DNA of 64,000 bases from Acidobacteriota bacterium. Lineage in GTDB: Bacteria > Acidobacteriota > Thermoanaerobaculia > Multivoradales > UBA5704. Positions 8,886 to 18,390 of the stretch are shown piece after piece. The position numbers and the translations under genes were made by a program. The notes under the pieces were generated by a model. The model was not told the DNA's origin and did not search any database. It was given only the letters and a program-made list of their open reading frames with translations. Position 1 is the first letter of the stretch, and every line of letters starts with the position of its first letter. The DNA lies in the NCBI GenBank assembly GCA_040005235.1, contig JBDTZG010000005.1, forward strand, positions 64,001 to 128,000. The letters run 5' to 3'.

Positions 8886-9911
8886 TCATTTCCCCGCGCG
8901 TAGGGCCTCGTGCGCGCCTCGCGCTCTCTGCGATTGTCGCTCTCGATACCAGTATACGAAGCGGCGGAGACCTTCGCGGATCGGAACCTTGGGCGCGTAG
9001 CCCAAGATCTTGCCGGCTTTCGTGACGTCGGCGTAGGTGATCGGGACGTCGCCGGGTTGGTCGGGAAGATACTCGATGCGCGGTTCGACGACAAGCTCCT
9101 CGGCGAGCCACCGGACCAGGTCGGCGAGCGCCGTGGTCTCCGCGCCGCCGAGATTCAGGATCTCGAAACCCGGCGCGGCATCCAGCGTCGCTTCCAGGCC
9201 GTCGACGATGTCGTCGACGAAAGTGTAATCCCGCCGGGTCTGGCCGTCGCCGTAAAGCGGAATCGTGGCGCCCCGGGCGAGCAGATCGGTGAACTTGTGG
9301 ATCGCCATCTCCGGCCGCTGCGCCGGGCCGTAGACTGTGAAGAAACGCAGGCAAGTAGCGCGGAAACCGTAAAGGTGATGGTAGTTGTAGCAGAGCAGCT
9401 CGCCCGCGCGTTTGGTCGTGGCGTAGGGACTGATCGGCTGGTTCACCTCGTCGGATTCGGCAAACGGCACCTTCTTGTTGATGCCGTAGACCGACGAGGA
9501 CGAGCCGAACAGGAAGACGTTCGGGCCATGGCGGCGCGCCGCTTCGAGCAGCCGGAGCGTGCCGATGCAGTTGACGTCTTCGTAGAGGATCGGCTCGGAA
9601 AGACTCGGGCGCACTCCGGCGCGCGCCGCGAGATGGACCACGGCGTCGAATTTCCGCCGTTCGGCATCGAGCTCGCCCGAAAACAGGCGATCGACGCGCG
9701 CCTCGTCGCGAATGTCCCCTTCGATCAGGGCGAAACCCTCGGCTCCCGGGGAGGCGAGAATCTTCTCGACGTTCTCGCGCTTCCGCGCCGGGTCGTAGAA
9801 GTCGTTGAAGTCATCGTACGCGGTCACCCGGTCGCCGCGGCCGAGCAGGCGGCGGGTGAGATGCGATCCGATGAAGCCGGCGCCGCCGGTCACCAGGACG
9901 TGCTGGGACAT
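8886..9911 (-). CDS. NAD-dependent epimerase (UDP-glucuronate 4-epimerase-like)
   Basis: VTGGAGFIGSH, HLAARAGVRPS, SSSSVYG, YATTK, RFFTVYGP. Confidence 0.88.
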   Translation of the reverse strand: MSQHVLVTGGAGFIGSHLTRRLLGRGDRVTAYDDFNDFYDPARKRENVEKILASPGAEGFALIEGDIRDEARVDRLFSGELDAERRKFDAVVHLAARAGVRPSLSEPILYEDVNCIGTLRLLEAARRHGPNVFLFGSSSSVYGINKKVPFAESDEVNQPISPYATTKRAGELLCYNYHHLYGFRATCLRFFTVYGPAQRPEMAIHKFTDLLARGATIPLYGDGQTRRDYTFVDDIVDGLEATLDAAPGFEILNLGGAETTALADLVRWLAEELVVEPRIEYLPDQPGDVPITYADVTKAGKILGYAPKVPIREGLRRFVYWYRERQSQRARGAHEALRAGK

Positions 9912-9917
9912 GCTGGA

Positions 9918-11261
9918 TTACTCCTCTCGCGGGCCGCTCGGCGGCGGGGGCCCGGGATTGTCCTCTGGGGGCGCGGGGGGCACCGAAGGGGGCGGGGCGG
10001 GCGAAGTTAAGGTTTCCGGCTCCGAAGTGGCTGGAGGGGTCGGGGGGGCCACTGGAGTCTCCGGGTCTTTCGGGGCTTCCGGGGCTTTTTGGGCGTCGTC
10101 GTACCGCTTCTTGATGCCCGCCTTTTGGCGGTTGCGGATCAGCCAGCGGAGCAGTTTCGAATCCTCGACGCCGATCACGATGTCGTTGACCGCATCGTAG
10201 ATCTGCGGGTCGTTGATCAATTTCGCCGCCGTGCCCTCCCCGTGGGACAAGCGTTGGGAAACCTCGTTCAACTGTTCGACCAGAGACGACAGATCGGCCG
10301 TCACCTTGCGCCCGTACTCCTCGTCCTTGAGCAATTTGGGCACCAGCGCGTCGCTCTGGTCGAGTCCGCCGGTGAAGCGCTCGACGTTTTGGGAAGCGGC
10401 CCGGAGCGACGCCAGCGTTTCGTCGAATTTCTGTTTTGCCGCCGGATCGTTCAACAGGCCGGGCAGCAGGCCGGGTCCCCCTTCGGCGGTGGCGAGAATC
10501 CGCTCGAAGCGATCAAGCGAGGTGGCGAGCCGGTTGGCCATCTGCCTGTCGTTGAGCAACCGGGGAAGGGGACCCTCGCCGGAATCCAGCCGGTTGGCGA
10601 TCCGCTCGGTGGTCTCGAACGTGCCGACCATCGATTCGCGCAGCCGTTTGCCCGTCGGCGACTCCGACGTCAGCTCGCCGAGGAGTCCCTCGCCGCGCTC
10701 CATGCGCGCCAGGATGGTCGAGAGCGAATGGGAGATCTCCACCACGTTGCCCATCACGTCCTCACCGGATGCGACCAGGGCATCGACGCTGGTCAATTGG
10801 CCGGAGGGGATTTTTCCCTCGGCTTCGACCCTCGGGTAGGGGGCGGAGCCGGAAGTCAGCTCGATGTATTTGTCGCCCAACAGCCCGAGCGTCTTGATCC
10901 GCGCCTCCGAGTAGGGCAGATCGCCTTGCGGTCCAAGCAAGGGTTTGCCGTCGGCCGATGCGCGAATCCGGTCTTCGTAGCTGCGATCGACCTCGATCCA
11001 CACGCGGATGTCTTCGACCGCGGGATCGCGCGGCAGGACGATCTTATGGACCTGGCCCACCCCCACGCCGTTCAACTGCACGGGGTTGCCCGGCTTGAGC
11101 CCCGAGACCGTGCGGAGATCGATGTAGTAGCTGTTCTTGCGTTCGAACAGGCTGCGCCGGTCGCCGATCAGGAGAACCCCGACGCCCAGAATCGCGACGC
11201 TCGCGAGCAAGAGGGCTCCTACCCGGACTGCGGTGCTCTGGTTGTGGCTCTCATGCGGCAT
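9918..11261 (-). CDS. mlaD: MlaD/MCE family protein with a long helical extension
   Basis: N-terminal TM, GLKPGNPVQLNGVGVGQV, LGLLGDKYIEL, Pro-rich tail; follows mlaF. Confidence 0.85.
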   Translation of the reverse strand: MPHESHNQSTAVRVGALLLASVAILGVGVLLIGDRRSLFERKNSYYIDLRTVSGLKPGNPVQLNGVGVGQVHKIVLPRDPAVEDIRVWIEVDRSYEDRIRASADGKPLLGPQGDLPYSEARIKTLGLLGDKYIELTSGSAPYPRVEAEGKIPSGQLTSVDALVASGEDVMGNVVEISHSLSTILARMERGEGLLGELTSESPTGKRLRESMVGTFETTERIANRLDSGEGPLPRLLNDRQMANRLATSLDRFERILATAEGGPGLLPGLLNDPAAKQKFDETLASLRAASQNVERFTGGLDQSDALVPKLLKDEEYGRKVTADLSSLVEQLNEVSQRLSHGEGTAAKLINDPQIYDAVNDIVIGVEDSKLLRWLIRNRQKAGIKKRYDDAQKAPEAPKDPETPVAPPTPPATSEPETLTSPAPPPSVPPAPPEDNPGPPPPSGPREE

Positions 11262-12006
11262 GGGCGATCTCCTCGCGTCCGGTGAGAAAATCCGCGAGGG
11301 TGCGCGGACCGGAAGCGTCGGCTTCCTGCCAATCGCCGAGGAAAACGAATCGGCCCTCGTCCAGGAAGGCCAGACGGTCGCCGATTCGGCGCGCGAGCGC
11401 GACGTCGTGGGTCACCACCACCGAGGTCACGCCAAGTTCCTCTTGGATCGAGTGGATCAACCGTCCGATCGTCGCCGAAGTGATGGGATCGAGGCCGGTG
11501 GTCGGCTCGTCGAACAGCATCGCTTCCGGATCGAGCGCCAGCGAACGGGCGAGCGCGGCGCGTTTCTTCATTCCTCCGGAGAGCTCCGACGGCATTTTTT
11601 CTTCGATCCCCTCAAGACCGACCAGCGCGAGCTTGGCCTGCACCGTCGTCTCGATCTCCCCCTCGGAGAGCGAGGTGTGCTCGCGCAACGGGAAGGCGAC
11701 GTTGTCGAAAATGTCCATCGAGTCGAACAGCGCGCCGCCTTGAAACAGCATGCCGATCCGCCTCCGGATGGGAAACAGCTCGCGCTCGGAGAGTCCTGAG
11801 ACTTGGAGGCCGTCGAAACGGACCTCGCCGGCATCGGGCGGTTCGAGGCCGTTCAGCTGGCGCAGCGTCACGCTCTTGCCGCTGCCCGACCGGCCGAGGA
11901 TGACCAGGCATTCGCCGCGTCGGACGTCGAAGTCGATTCCGGCGAGGATTTTGCGGTCGCCATAGGACTTCTCGAGGCCGCGGATTTCGAACAGTGCGTC
12001 GGTCAC
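11251..12006 (-). CDS. mlaF: MlaF-type ABC ATPase
   Basis: GRSGSGKS, FQGGALFDSM, LSGGMKKR, FDEPTTGLDP, VTHD. Confidence 0.9.
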   Translation of the reverse strand: MTDALFEIRGLEKSYGDRKILAGIDFDVRRGECLVILGRSGSGKSVTLRQLNGLEPPDAGEVRFDGLQVSGLSERELFPIRRRIGMLFQGGALFDSMDIFDNVAFPLREHTSLSEGEIETTVQAKLALVGLEGIEEKMPSELSGGMKKRAALARSLALDPEAMLFDEPTTGLDPITSATIGRLIHSIQEELGVTSVVVTHDVALARRIGDRLAFLDEGRFVFLGDWQEADASGPRTLADFLTGREEIAHAA

Positions 12007-12017
12007 CGGAGCTCGCG

Positions 12018-12770
12018 TCAGGTCAGGAGATAGAAAAGCTTGGTCAGGATCGTGTCGGAAACCAGGACGAGGATCGAAGAAAGGACGACCGTGTTGGTGG
12101 TCGCGCGACCGACGCCGTCGGCCCCGCCCTTCGAGGTAAGCCCATTGTAACAGCCGATGATCGCGATGAAATAGGCGAAGAAGAACGTCTTGCCGACGCC
12201 CGAACAGACGTCGCCCAAGGTGAGCGAGTCGAACACGTCGTTCAGATAGAAACCCGGGGCCAGTCCCAGCTGGAGAACGGCGACCAGCAAGCCGCCGAGA
12301 ATGCCCAGCGCGTCGCCCAGAATAGTGAGCGCGGGAAGCATGATCAACGTCGCCACGAGCTTCGGCACGACCAGCTTTTTGACCGGATCGACCGCCATGC
12401 CGCGCAGGGCGTCGATCTGCTCGGTCACTTTCATGGTGCCCAGCTCGGCGGTCATCCCGGCGCCGATCCGGCCGCCGACGATCAACGCGGTCAGCACCGG
12501 CCCCAGCTCGCGAACCAGCGATTTTGAGACCACGGCGCCCATGTAGTATTTGACGCCGATCGCGGGCAGGCTGAATGCGGTTTGCAGAGCGAGCACCATC
12601 CCGGTGAAGACGGTGGTGACCCCTGCCACCCCGAGCGAGCGGACACCGATTTGATCCATCTGGCCCAGCCAGAGACCCTTCTCGTACGGCGGCGCGATCA
12701 TGCCGCGGAACGCCCGGGCGGCGAGGATGCCGAGGTTTCCCGCCTCTTCTAGGTTGTGACGAAGATTCAC
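12018..12770 (-). CDS. mlaE: MlaE-type ABC permease
   Basis: RELGPVLTAL, ELGTMKVTEQIDAL, GGADGVGRATT. Confidence 0.92.
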   Translation of the reverse strand: MNLRHNLEEAGNLGILAARAFRGMIAPPYEKGLWLGQMDQIGVRSLGVAGVTTVFTGMVLALQTAFSLPAIGVKYYMGAVVSKSLVRELGPVLTALIVGGRIGAGMTAELGTMKVTEQIDALRGMAVDPVKKLVVPKLVATLIMLPALTILGDALGILGGLLVAVLQLGLAPGFYLNDVFDSLTLGDVCSGVGKTFFFAYFIAIIGCYNGLTSKGGADGVGRATTNTVVLSSILVLVSDTILTKLFYLLT

Positions 12771-13174
12771 TTCCGGGTCATCCCCCAGGAGAGGGCGTGG
12801 ACCGCGCCGAACGCGAAGTCCGCGGCGGCGAGCGGCCAGAGCCCGGCGAGCCGCGGCTCGGACCAGGCCGCGGCGCCGAGCACCGCGGCGCCCAGCAGCC
12901 GGCCGGCGATCGCGACCAGGATGATCCCGGTATAGCGCCGCTGATCGAGGGCCGCGGTGAGATAGAGCGCGGCGAGCATGAGCAGGAGCACGGCGATCAG
13001 GTGGAGGTAGAAGTCCGCACCCGGCAAGGGGAGCTTGAGGATTCGCTGCGGCAGGTCGGGCGCCGCCACCATGACCAGGGCGAACACGGCATCGTAGAGC
13101 GCGCCGAGAATCAGGCTTGCGCCGAGCAGCCGGACGAACAGGAACCGGCGCGGATAGTCGATCGCTTCGAGCAT
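12767..13174 (-). CDS. small 4-TM membrane protein
   Basis: MLEAIDYPRRFLFVRLLG... hydrophobic; stop overlaps mlaE start (GTGA); TAGAAT 8 nt upstream of ATG. Confidence 0.7.
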   Translation of the reverse strand: MLEAIDYPRRFLFVRLLGASLILGALYDAVFALVMVAAPDLPQRILKLPLPGADFYLHLIAVLLLMLAALYLTAALDQRRYTGIILVAIAGRLLGAAVLGAAAWSEPRLAGLWPLAAADFAFGAVHALSWGMTRK

Positions 13175-13234
13175 CGGTCGAGATTCTAGCGTCAAGCGCC
13201 GTGACTCATCGGAAGTGTTGGAGAATAGGCGGAC

Positions 13235-14053
13235 ATGGCCGAAGAAAAGACGCCCTTGCCGACCGATCCGGTGCCCCGTTTCGGGTTCGCGGCGTGGTTG
13301 ATGACGGTGACCGGCAACGCCTGGCTGCTGTTCGGCAGCATTCTGCTCGGCGCGCTGTCGGTGCCTGCCTCCTGGGTGCCGCCGCGCGGCAGCTGGGGGT
13401 TCGTCCTGATGCGCTTTTGGGCGCGCGGCCTGCTCAAAGCGAGCGGCGTGGGCGTGATGGCCAAGCTTCCTGAGGGATTCGACCCGCAGGGCAACTACGT
13501 GCTGCTCGCCAATCACCAGAGCATGTTCGATATCCCGGCGCTCCTTTCGACCGTTCCCGGCCCGGTGCGGATGATGGCGAAACGGAGCCTGTTTCGCCTC
13601 CCGTTCTTCGGCTGGGGTCTCGCCGCTGCGGGTTTCGTGCCGGTCGATCGGGAGGATGGGAGCAAGGCGCGGCAGGCATTCGCCTCGGCTTCCGCTCACC
13701 TGTCGGCCGGCACCTCGATCCTGCTGTTCCCGGAGGGCACTCGCTCGCGCACCGGCGAGCTGCTCCAATTGCAGCGCGGCGGTTTCTTGCTCGCGATCCG
13801 CCACGGATTGCAGATCGTGCCGGTGGGCATCCGAGGGACCCGGCAGGTTCAGCCGCGCGGCCGATGGGACATCCGGCCGGGGCCGGTCGAGGTGCGCTTC
13901 GGCGAGCCGATCGACCCCGCGGCCTACGGCGTGCGGCGCATGAACCCGTTGATCGCCGAGGTCGAGCGGCAAATCGCCGCCCTCGCCGGGCTGCCGGTTG
14001 CAGCCCCTGCGGCCCCACTGGCTCCACTGGCTTCAAACCCCGCCGAGGACTGA
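13235..14053 (+). CDS. lysophospholipid acyltransferase (PlsC family)
   Basis: NHQSMFDI (HX4D) and FPEGTRS. Confidence 0.88.
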   Translation: MAEEKTPLPTDPVPRFGFAAWLMTVTGNAWLLFGSILLGALSVPASWVPPRGSWGFVLMRFWARGLLKASGVGVMAKLPEGFDPQGNYVLLANHQSMFDIPALLSTVPGPVRMMAKRSLFRLPFFGWGLAAAGFVPVDREDGSKARQAFASASAHLSAGTSILLFPEGTRSRTGELLQLQRGGFLLAIRHGLQIVPVGIRGTRQVQPRGRWDIRPGPVEVRFGEPIDPAAYGVRRMNPLIAEVERQIAALAGLPVAAPAAPLAPLASNPAED

Positions 14054-14054
14054 G

Positions 14055-14420
14055 CTACTTTTCGTTGCGCCGGAACAGCCGGTGAAGGCGCTCATGGGTC
14101 TTCTCGCGCAGCCTTTCGATCCGGTCCCACAGGTGCGGCCAGCGCAGGAAAGCTCGGCGCATCAGCCGGTAGATCAGCTCGTTGTCCAGCGAGAGCAACG
14201 CGGCGCCGGTGACGATCGTGAAAACCCCCTGGATGCCGGGCAGAACCAGGCCGGCGACGCCCACCAGGATCAAGATCCAACCGACCACGAACACTCCGAT
14301 TCGGACCCCCAGGCGGAGCCGCGGACGCGGAGCAGGGGGCTCGATCAACGGGTCCAAGATGCGCCTTTCCGGCGTCGGTTTGACAAATCGGACCAGCGCG
14401 GTCCAGAATCTCTTGCACAT
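14055..14420 (-). CDS. PGPGW-domain-like small membrane protein
   Basis: VVGWILILVGVAGLVLPGIQGVFTIVTGAALLS; start uncertain. Confidence 0.6.
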   Translation of the reverse strand: MCKRFWTALVRFVKPTPERRILDPLIEPPAPRPRLRLGVRIGVFVVGWILILVGVAGLVLPGIQGVFTIVTGAALLSLDNELIYRLMRRAFLRWPHLWDRIERLREKTHERLHRLFRRNEK

Positions 14421-14440
14421 ATTGAGACTTGGTCGCAATA
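14420..14440. promoter_or_regulatory. Fur-box-like inverted repeat TATTGAGAC-TTG-GTCGCAATA
   Basis: 9-3-9 palindrome with one mismatch; AT-rich; just upstream of the Fur-family gene and iron operon. Confidence 0.6.
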
Positions 14441-14473
14441 ATATCGAGGCGAGGCGCGAACGGGCACAAAGCG

Positions 14474-14980
14474 ATGGCCGAGATCCGTGAAAAAGAACAG
14501 TTCCTGGCCTATCTGCGCAGCTCCGGGCATCGTGTGACCGCCGAGCGGCTGGCGCTGTTCGACGAGATTTTCGCTCAACACGGTCATATCGACGCCGAAG
14601 AGCTTCACGCTGCGATGCGCTCCCAAGGGTTGAAGATTTCGCGGGCGACCGTTTACCGCAACCTCGATCTGCTGGTCGCGAGCGGTCTCGCGAGCAAACA
14701 GCGGCTCGGGGGCTTGAGCGACCGCCGTTTCCTCTATGAGCACGTTCATCGCGGCCAGCGTCACGACCACCTGATCTGCGCCGCCTGCGGCCGAGTGGTC
14801 GAGTTTGTGAGCCCCGGGATCGCGGCGCTCCAGACCGAGATCTGTCGCGCCCACGGCTTCGTGCCGACTCATCATACGTTGGAGATTCGCAGTCTGTGCA
14901 ACGCCTGTGCGGTCCCGGGGGAAACCGGGAGAGCCCAGCAGCCGTCGGCCGGCGTGCGAGGAGGTGGCGCCGGTGTTTGA
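14474..14980 (+). CDS. Fur-family transcriptional regulator
   Basis: HIDAEEL, ISRATVYRNLDLL, HDHLICAACG, CNAC. Confidence 0.9.
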   Translation: MAEIREKEQFLAYLRSSGHRVTAERLALFDEIFAQHGHIDAEELHAAMRSQGLKISRATVYRNLDLLVASGLASKQRLGGLSDRRFLYEHVHRGQRHDHLICAACGRVVEFVSPGIAALQTEICRAHGFVPTHHTLEIRSLCNACAVPGETGRAQQPSAGVRGGGAGV

Positions 14981-16307
14981 AGCCCTGGTCATCACGCTAC
15001 GCGAAGGAATCGAGGCGGCCCTCATGGTCGGCATCATCGTCGCCTTCCTCCGCCGGCAGGGGGGAGATCGGTATCTCAGAGCGGTATGGAGCGGCCTGGC
15101 GACGGCGGTCGGGGCGAGCCTCGCAGGGGCGTTTCTGCTCTACCGGATCGCGGTCAACGAAGAGGTGTTCGAGGGGCTGCTCTATGTTTTTTCCGCCCTG
15201 CTGGTCGCGTCTCTGCTGATCTGGATGTGGCGCCACTCGCACGAGCTGGCCGGCGAGATGAAGGGCAAGCTGTCGCGGATCCTCGACCGGGAAAGCTCCG
15301 GCTCGATCCGTTTCGGGCTGTTCCTGTTCACCTTCCTGATGGTCTTCCGCGAGGGGCTGGAGACGGTGCTCTTCCTCTCCGCCGTCTCGCTCACCACGAC
15401 CGGCCTTCAGTCGTTTCTCGGCGCCCTGATCGGCATAGTCTTGGCGGTCGCCTTCGGCGTCCTGTTCGTTCGCGGCAGCCTGCGGATCGACCTCAAGCGG
15501 TTCTTCGCGGTCACCGGGATCGCCCTCTTGATCTTCACGGTCCAGCTGCTGATCAACGGCTATCACGAGCTGTCGGAGGCGGGGTGGGTGCCGGCCAACG
15601 AGACGACCATGGCGACGGTCGGCCCGCTGGTCAAGAACGAGTTCTTCTTTCTCGCCGCGGTGCTCGCGCTGCCTCTTCTCATGCTGCTGATCCCGGGCAG
15701 CGCCGGCAAAGTGCCCGCCACGACTCCTGCCGATGCGGCTTCCGCCGCCGATCGGCGCCTCGAACGAGCGGCGGATCAGCGCCAGGTGCGTTCCCGCCGT
15801 TGGGCGGGGGTGCTCGGCCTCGCGATCCTCGTCGTCCTCGGGCTGGGCTGGGTCTACTCGGCGAAACCCAAGGCGCTCTCGGCGGCGACTCCTCTCGAAG
15901 TGGCGGATGGCCAGGTAAGGATTCCGCTCGCCTCTCTCGCCGATACGAAACTCCATCGTTACCAGGTGGAGATCGGCGGCCGGGCGGTCCGTTTCATCGC
16001 CATTCAAGTGGCCCCCGGCGAGGTCGCCGCGGCGTTCGACGCCTGCGTGATCTGCGGCCCTCACGGCTATTACCAGGAAGGCTCGAACATCGTCTGTCTG
16101 CATTGCGGTTCGGCGGTCTATCCGCCGACGATCGGCCAACCCGGGGGGTGCAACCCGATCCCACTCGCGTCTAAAAGCGTCGGCGGCAATCTGGTGATCG
16201 CCGCCTCGGATCTGGCCCAAAGCAGCGCGTTCCCGGCCGCCGGTGGCGGTATGCCGGGCATGCCGAATATGCCGAGCATGCCGAGCCAGGCGGGCCACGG
16301 CGGATAA
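14973..16307 (+). CDS. FTR1 iron permease fused to a DUF2318-like Cys-containing domain
   Basis: Two REGxE motifs (LREGIEA, FREGLET); C-terminal AFDACVICG.HGYYQ...VCLHCG...GGCNPIPL; GAGGAGG RBS before GTG 14973. Confidence 0.85.
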   Translation: MFEALVITLREGIEAALMVGIIVAFLRRQGGDRYLRAVWSGLATAVGASLAGAFLLYRIAVNEEVFEGLLYVFSALLVASLLIWMWRHSHELAGEMKGKLSRILDRESSGSIRFGLFLFTFLMVFREGLETVLFLSAVSLTTTGLQSFLGALIGIVLAVAFGVLFVRGSLRIDLKRFFAVTGIALLIFTVQLLINGYHELSEAGWVPANETTMATVGPLVKNEFFFLAAVLALPLLMLLIPGSAGKVPATTPADAASAADRRLERAADQRQVRSRRWAGVLGLAILVVLGLGWVYSAKPKALSAATPLEVADGQVRIPLASLADTKLHRYQVEIGGRAVRFIAIQVAPGEVAAAFDACVICGPHGYYQEGSNIVCLHCGSAVYPPTIGQPGGCNPIPLASKSVGGNLVIAASDLAQSSAFPAAGGGMPGMPNMPSMPSQAGHGG

Positions 16308-16314
16308 CGACGCG

Positions 16315-17553
16315 ATGTATCTACGCCTGCTCGGTGAATCGTTGCGTCGGGGCACCCGCCGCAAACTGCTCGCGGTGACCGCGATCGCCCTGGGTACGCT
16401 CGGCGCGAGCGCTCTGGCCGAGGTGCTACTCGCCTCGGGTGATCGATTGGCGGCGGAGCTGGGCACGTACGGCGCGAACCTCCAGATGGTCGCCATCCCC
16501 GGCGGCGGATTCGCCGCGGGCGATCTGGTCAAACTGCGGAAGATCTTCTGGCGCAACAATATCGTCGCCGTGGCGCCGCTCGCCGAGCTGCGGGTACGGA
16601 TGGCGGCGGTTTCCGGGGACGAGATCGTGGCGCCGCTGATCGGCACCTGGTTCGATCACCCGATGGACGCAGAGTTTCACACCGGTTTGCCGAAGGTGCG
16701 GACCACCCTGCGGATCGTCGGCCGTTGGCCGAAAGACGAGGGCGGCGCAGAGCCCGAAATCGCGCTCGGCCGGCGGCTGGCGGAACGGCTTGGGCTTGCC
16801 GAAGGCCAAGCGGCCCGCGTCGAGCTGGGCGGTCGGAGCGCGACCTTCCGGGTCGTCGGCCGGGTCGAGAGCGGCGGCGACGAAGAGGAGCAGGCGTTCG
16901 TGCCGCTCGCCGCGGCGAACGGCCTGGCCGCGGCGGACGCGCCGTCCGACCGGATCGCGCGCGCCGAGGTGTTCGCGATGACCACGCCGGAACAGCAGAA
17001 CCGGAAAGACCCGGCGCGGATGACCGGCGCGGAGTACGACGCCTGGTACTGCACGGCCTACCCCTCTTCGATCGCGCACCAGATCGGCCAAGCTCTGCCG
17101 AACGCCCGGGCGGCAATCGTCCGCGGCATCACCGACGCAACGGCCGAGATCCTCGGCCGGCTGCGGTCGGTCCTTCTGGCTTTGGCGTTCGTCGCCCTGT
17201 TGGGCGGCGCAGTCGGCGCTTCGGCCGCGATGACCGCCACCGTGCTCGAACGGCGGCTCGAAGCCGGGCTGCTCACCGCGCTCGGCGCGCCGCGGGGCCG
17301 GGTGGTGCTCTTCTTCCTTTCCGAGGCCGCCCTGCTCGGTTTGGGCGGCGGTCTGTTCGGCGGCGCGGTGGGTCTCGCGGCCGGTCGGTGGGTGGGGGCG
17401 GGCGCGCTCGGCGTCGCCGTCCCTTGGGCTCCCGTGCTGCTTCCTTGGGCGATGCTTCTCGGCCTCCTGCTCGCGGTCTTCGCGAGCGTCCTGCCGGTCT
17501 TCCGGGCGCTCGATCGCTACCCGGCCGCGATGCTCAAGAAAGCGACCGCCTGA
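16315..17553 (+). CDS. FtsX/MacB-type ABC permease
   Basis: ELGTYGANL, WYCTAYPSSIAHQI, VLERRLEAGLLTALGA. Confidence 0.85.
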   Translation: MYLRLLGESLRRGTRRKLLAVTAIALGTLGASALAEVLLASGDRLAAELGTYGANLQMVAIPGGGFAAGDLVKLRKIFWRNNIVAVAPLAELRVRMAAVSGDEIVAPLIGTWFDHPMDAEFHTGLPKVRTTLRIVGRWPKDEGGAEPEIALGRRLAERLGLAEGQAARVELGGRSATFRVVGRVESGGDEEEQAFVPLAAANGLAAADAPSDRIARAEVFAMTTPEQQNRKDPARMTGAEYDAWYCTAYPSSIAHQIGQALPNARAAIVRGITDATAEILGRLRSVLLALAFVALLGGAVGASAAMTATVLERRLEAGLLTALGAPRGRVVLFFLSEAALLGLGGGLFGGAVGLAAGRWVGAGALGVAVPWAPVLLPWAMLLGLLLAVFASVLPVFRALDRYPAAMLKKATA

Positions 17554-18386
17554 TGCTTCTGCGGTTGGTCGGCTCCAGCCTGCGCCGCCGGGTGCGGCAG
17601 CTGGCGCTGATCCTTGCCGCCGTGGCGGTTGCGGCGGCGACGGTCGCTGCGCTCGGCGCCTTTGCGAACCGGGTGGAAACTTCCCTGGGCCGCGATCTCG
17701 CAGCGTTCGGACCGAACCTGACGGTACGGCCCCAAATCGGCGGCCCCGGAGCGATTCCCGCCGCCGAGGCGGCCCGGGTGGCGGGGATCGCCGGGGTTCT
17801 CTGGGTGCATGGGCCGCAAGGAGCGGCGCTCGGGTCCGATCGAGATTGGCCGCGCCTCGACGTGCGCGTCGAACCCTCCCGGCTGGACGATGTCGCCCGA
17901 GTGATCGAATCGCAGGTTGCGGGTGTCGAAGCCCGGCCCTTGCTCAAGGTCAGCCGTTCGGACGAGAAGGTGACCCGCCGGGTGCTCCGCCTGCTCGCCG
18001 CGGTATCCGGCGTGTCGCTTCTGCTCGCGCTCCTGTCGGTCTCGGCAGCAACCGCCGCGCTGGTCGGCGAACGACGGACGGAGATCGGCCTGATGCTCGC
18101 TCTCGGCTGCACGGTCGGCCGGGTGGGGCGCCTGCTCGCCTCCGAGCTGTTGATCGCGGCGCTCGCCGCCGCGCTGGTCGGCGAGCTGATCGGAGAACTC
18201 GCGGCGCGCGATCTCGCCCATCGGCTGCTCGGTGCAGTGCCTGCCGCGCAATCGCCCGCCGCGGTCTCCGGCTCGGGTCTGCTCGGAGCCGCGATCGTGG
18301 CGGTCCTGGTGGTCGGCGTTTCGATGAGCATCGCGCTCTCGCGAATCAGCCGGCTCGACGCCGCCCGGGTCTTGAAAGGGGATTGA
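17553..18386 (+). CDS. FtsX-type ABC permease (shorter)
   Basis: DLAAFGPNL, ERRTEIGLMLALG; TGATG coupling with the previous gene. Confidence 0.8.
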   Translation: MLLRLVGSSLRRRVRQLALILAAVAVAAATVAALGAFANRVETSLGRDLAAFGPNLTVRPQIGGPGAIPAAEAARVAGIAGVLWVHGPQGAALGSDRDWPRLDVRVEPSRLDDVARVIESQVAGVEARPLLKVSRSDEKVTRRVLRLLAAVSGVSLLLALLSVSAATAALVGERRTEIGLMLALGCTVGRVGRLLASELLIAALAAALVGELIGELAARDLAHRLLGAVPAAQSPAAVSGSGLLGAAIVAVLVVGVSMSIALSRISRLDAARVLKGD

Positions 18387-18390
18387 GGCC

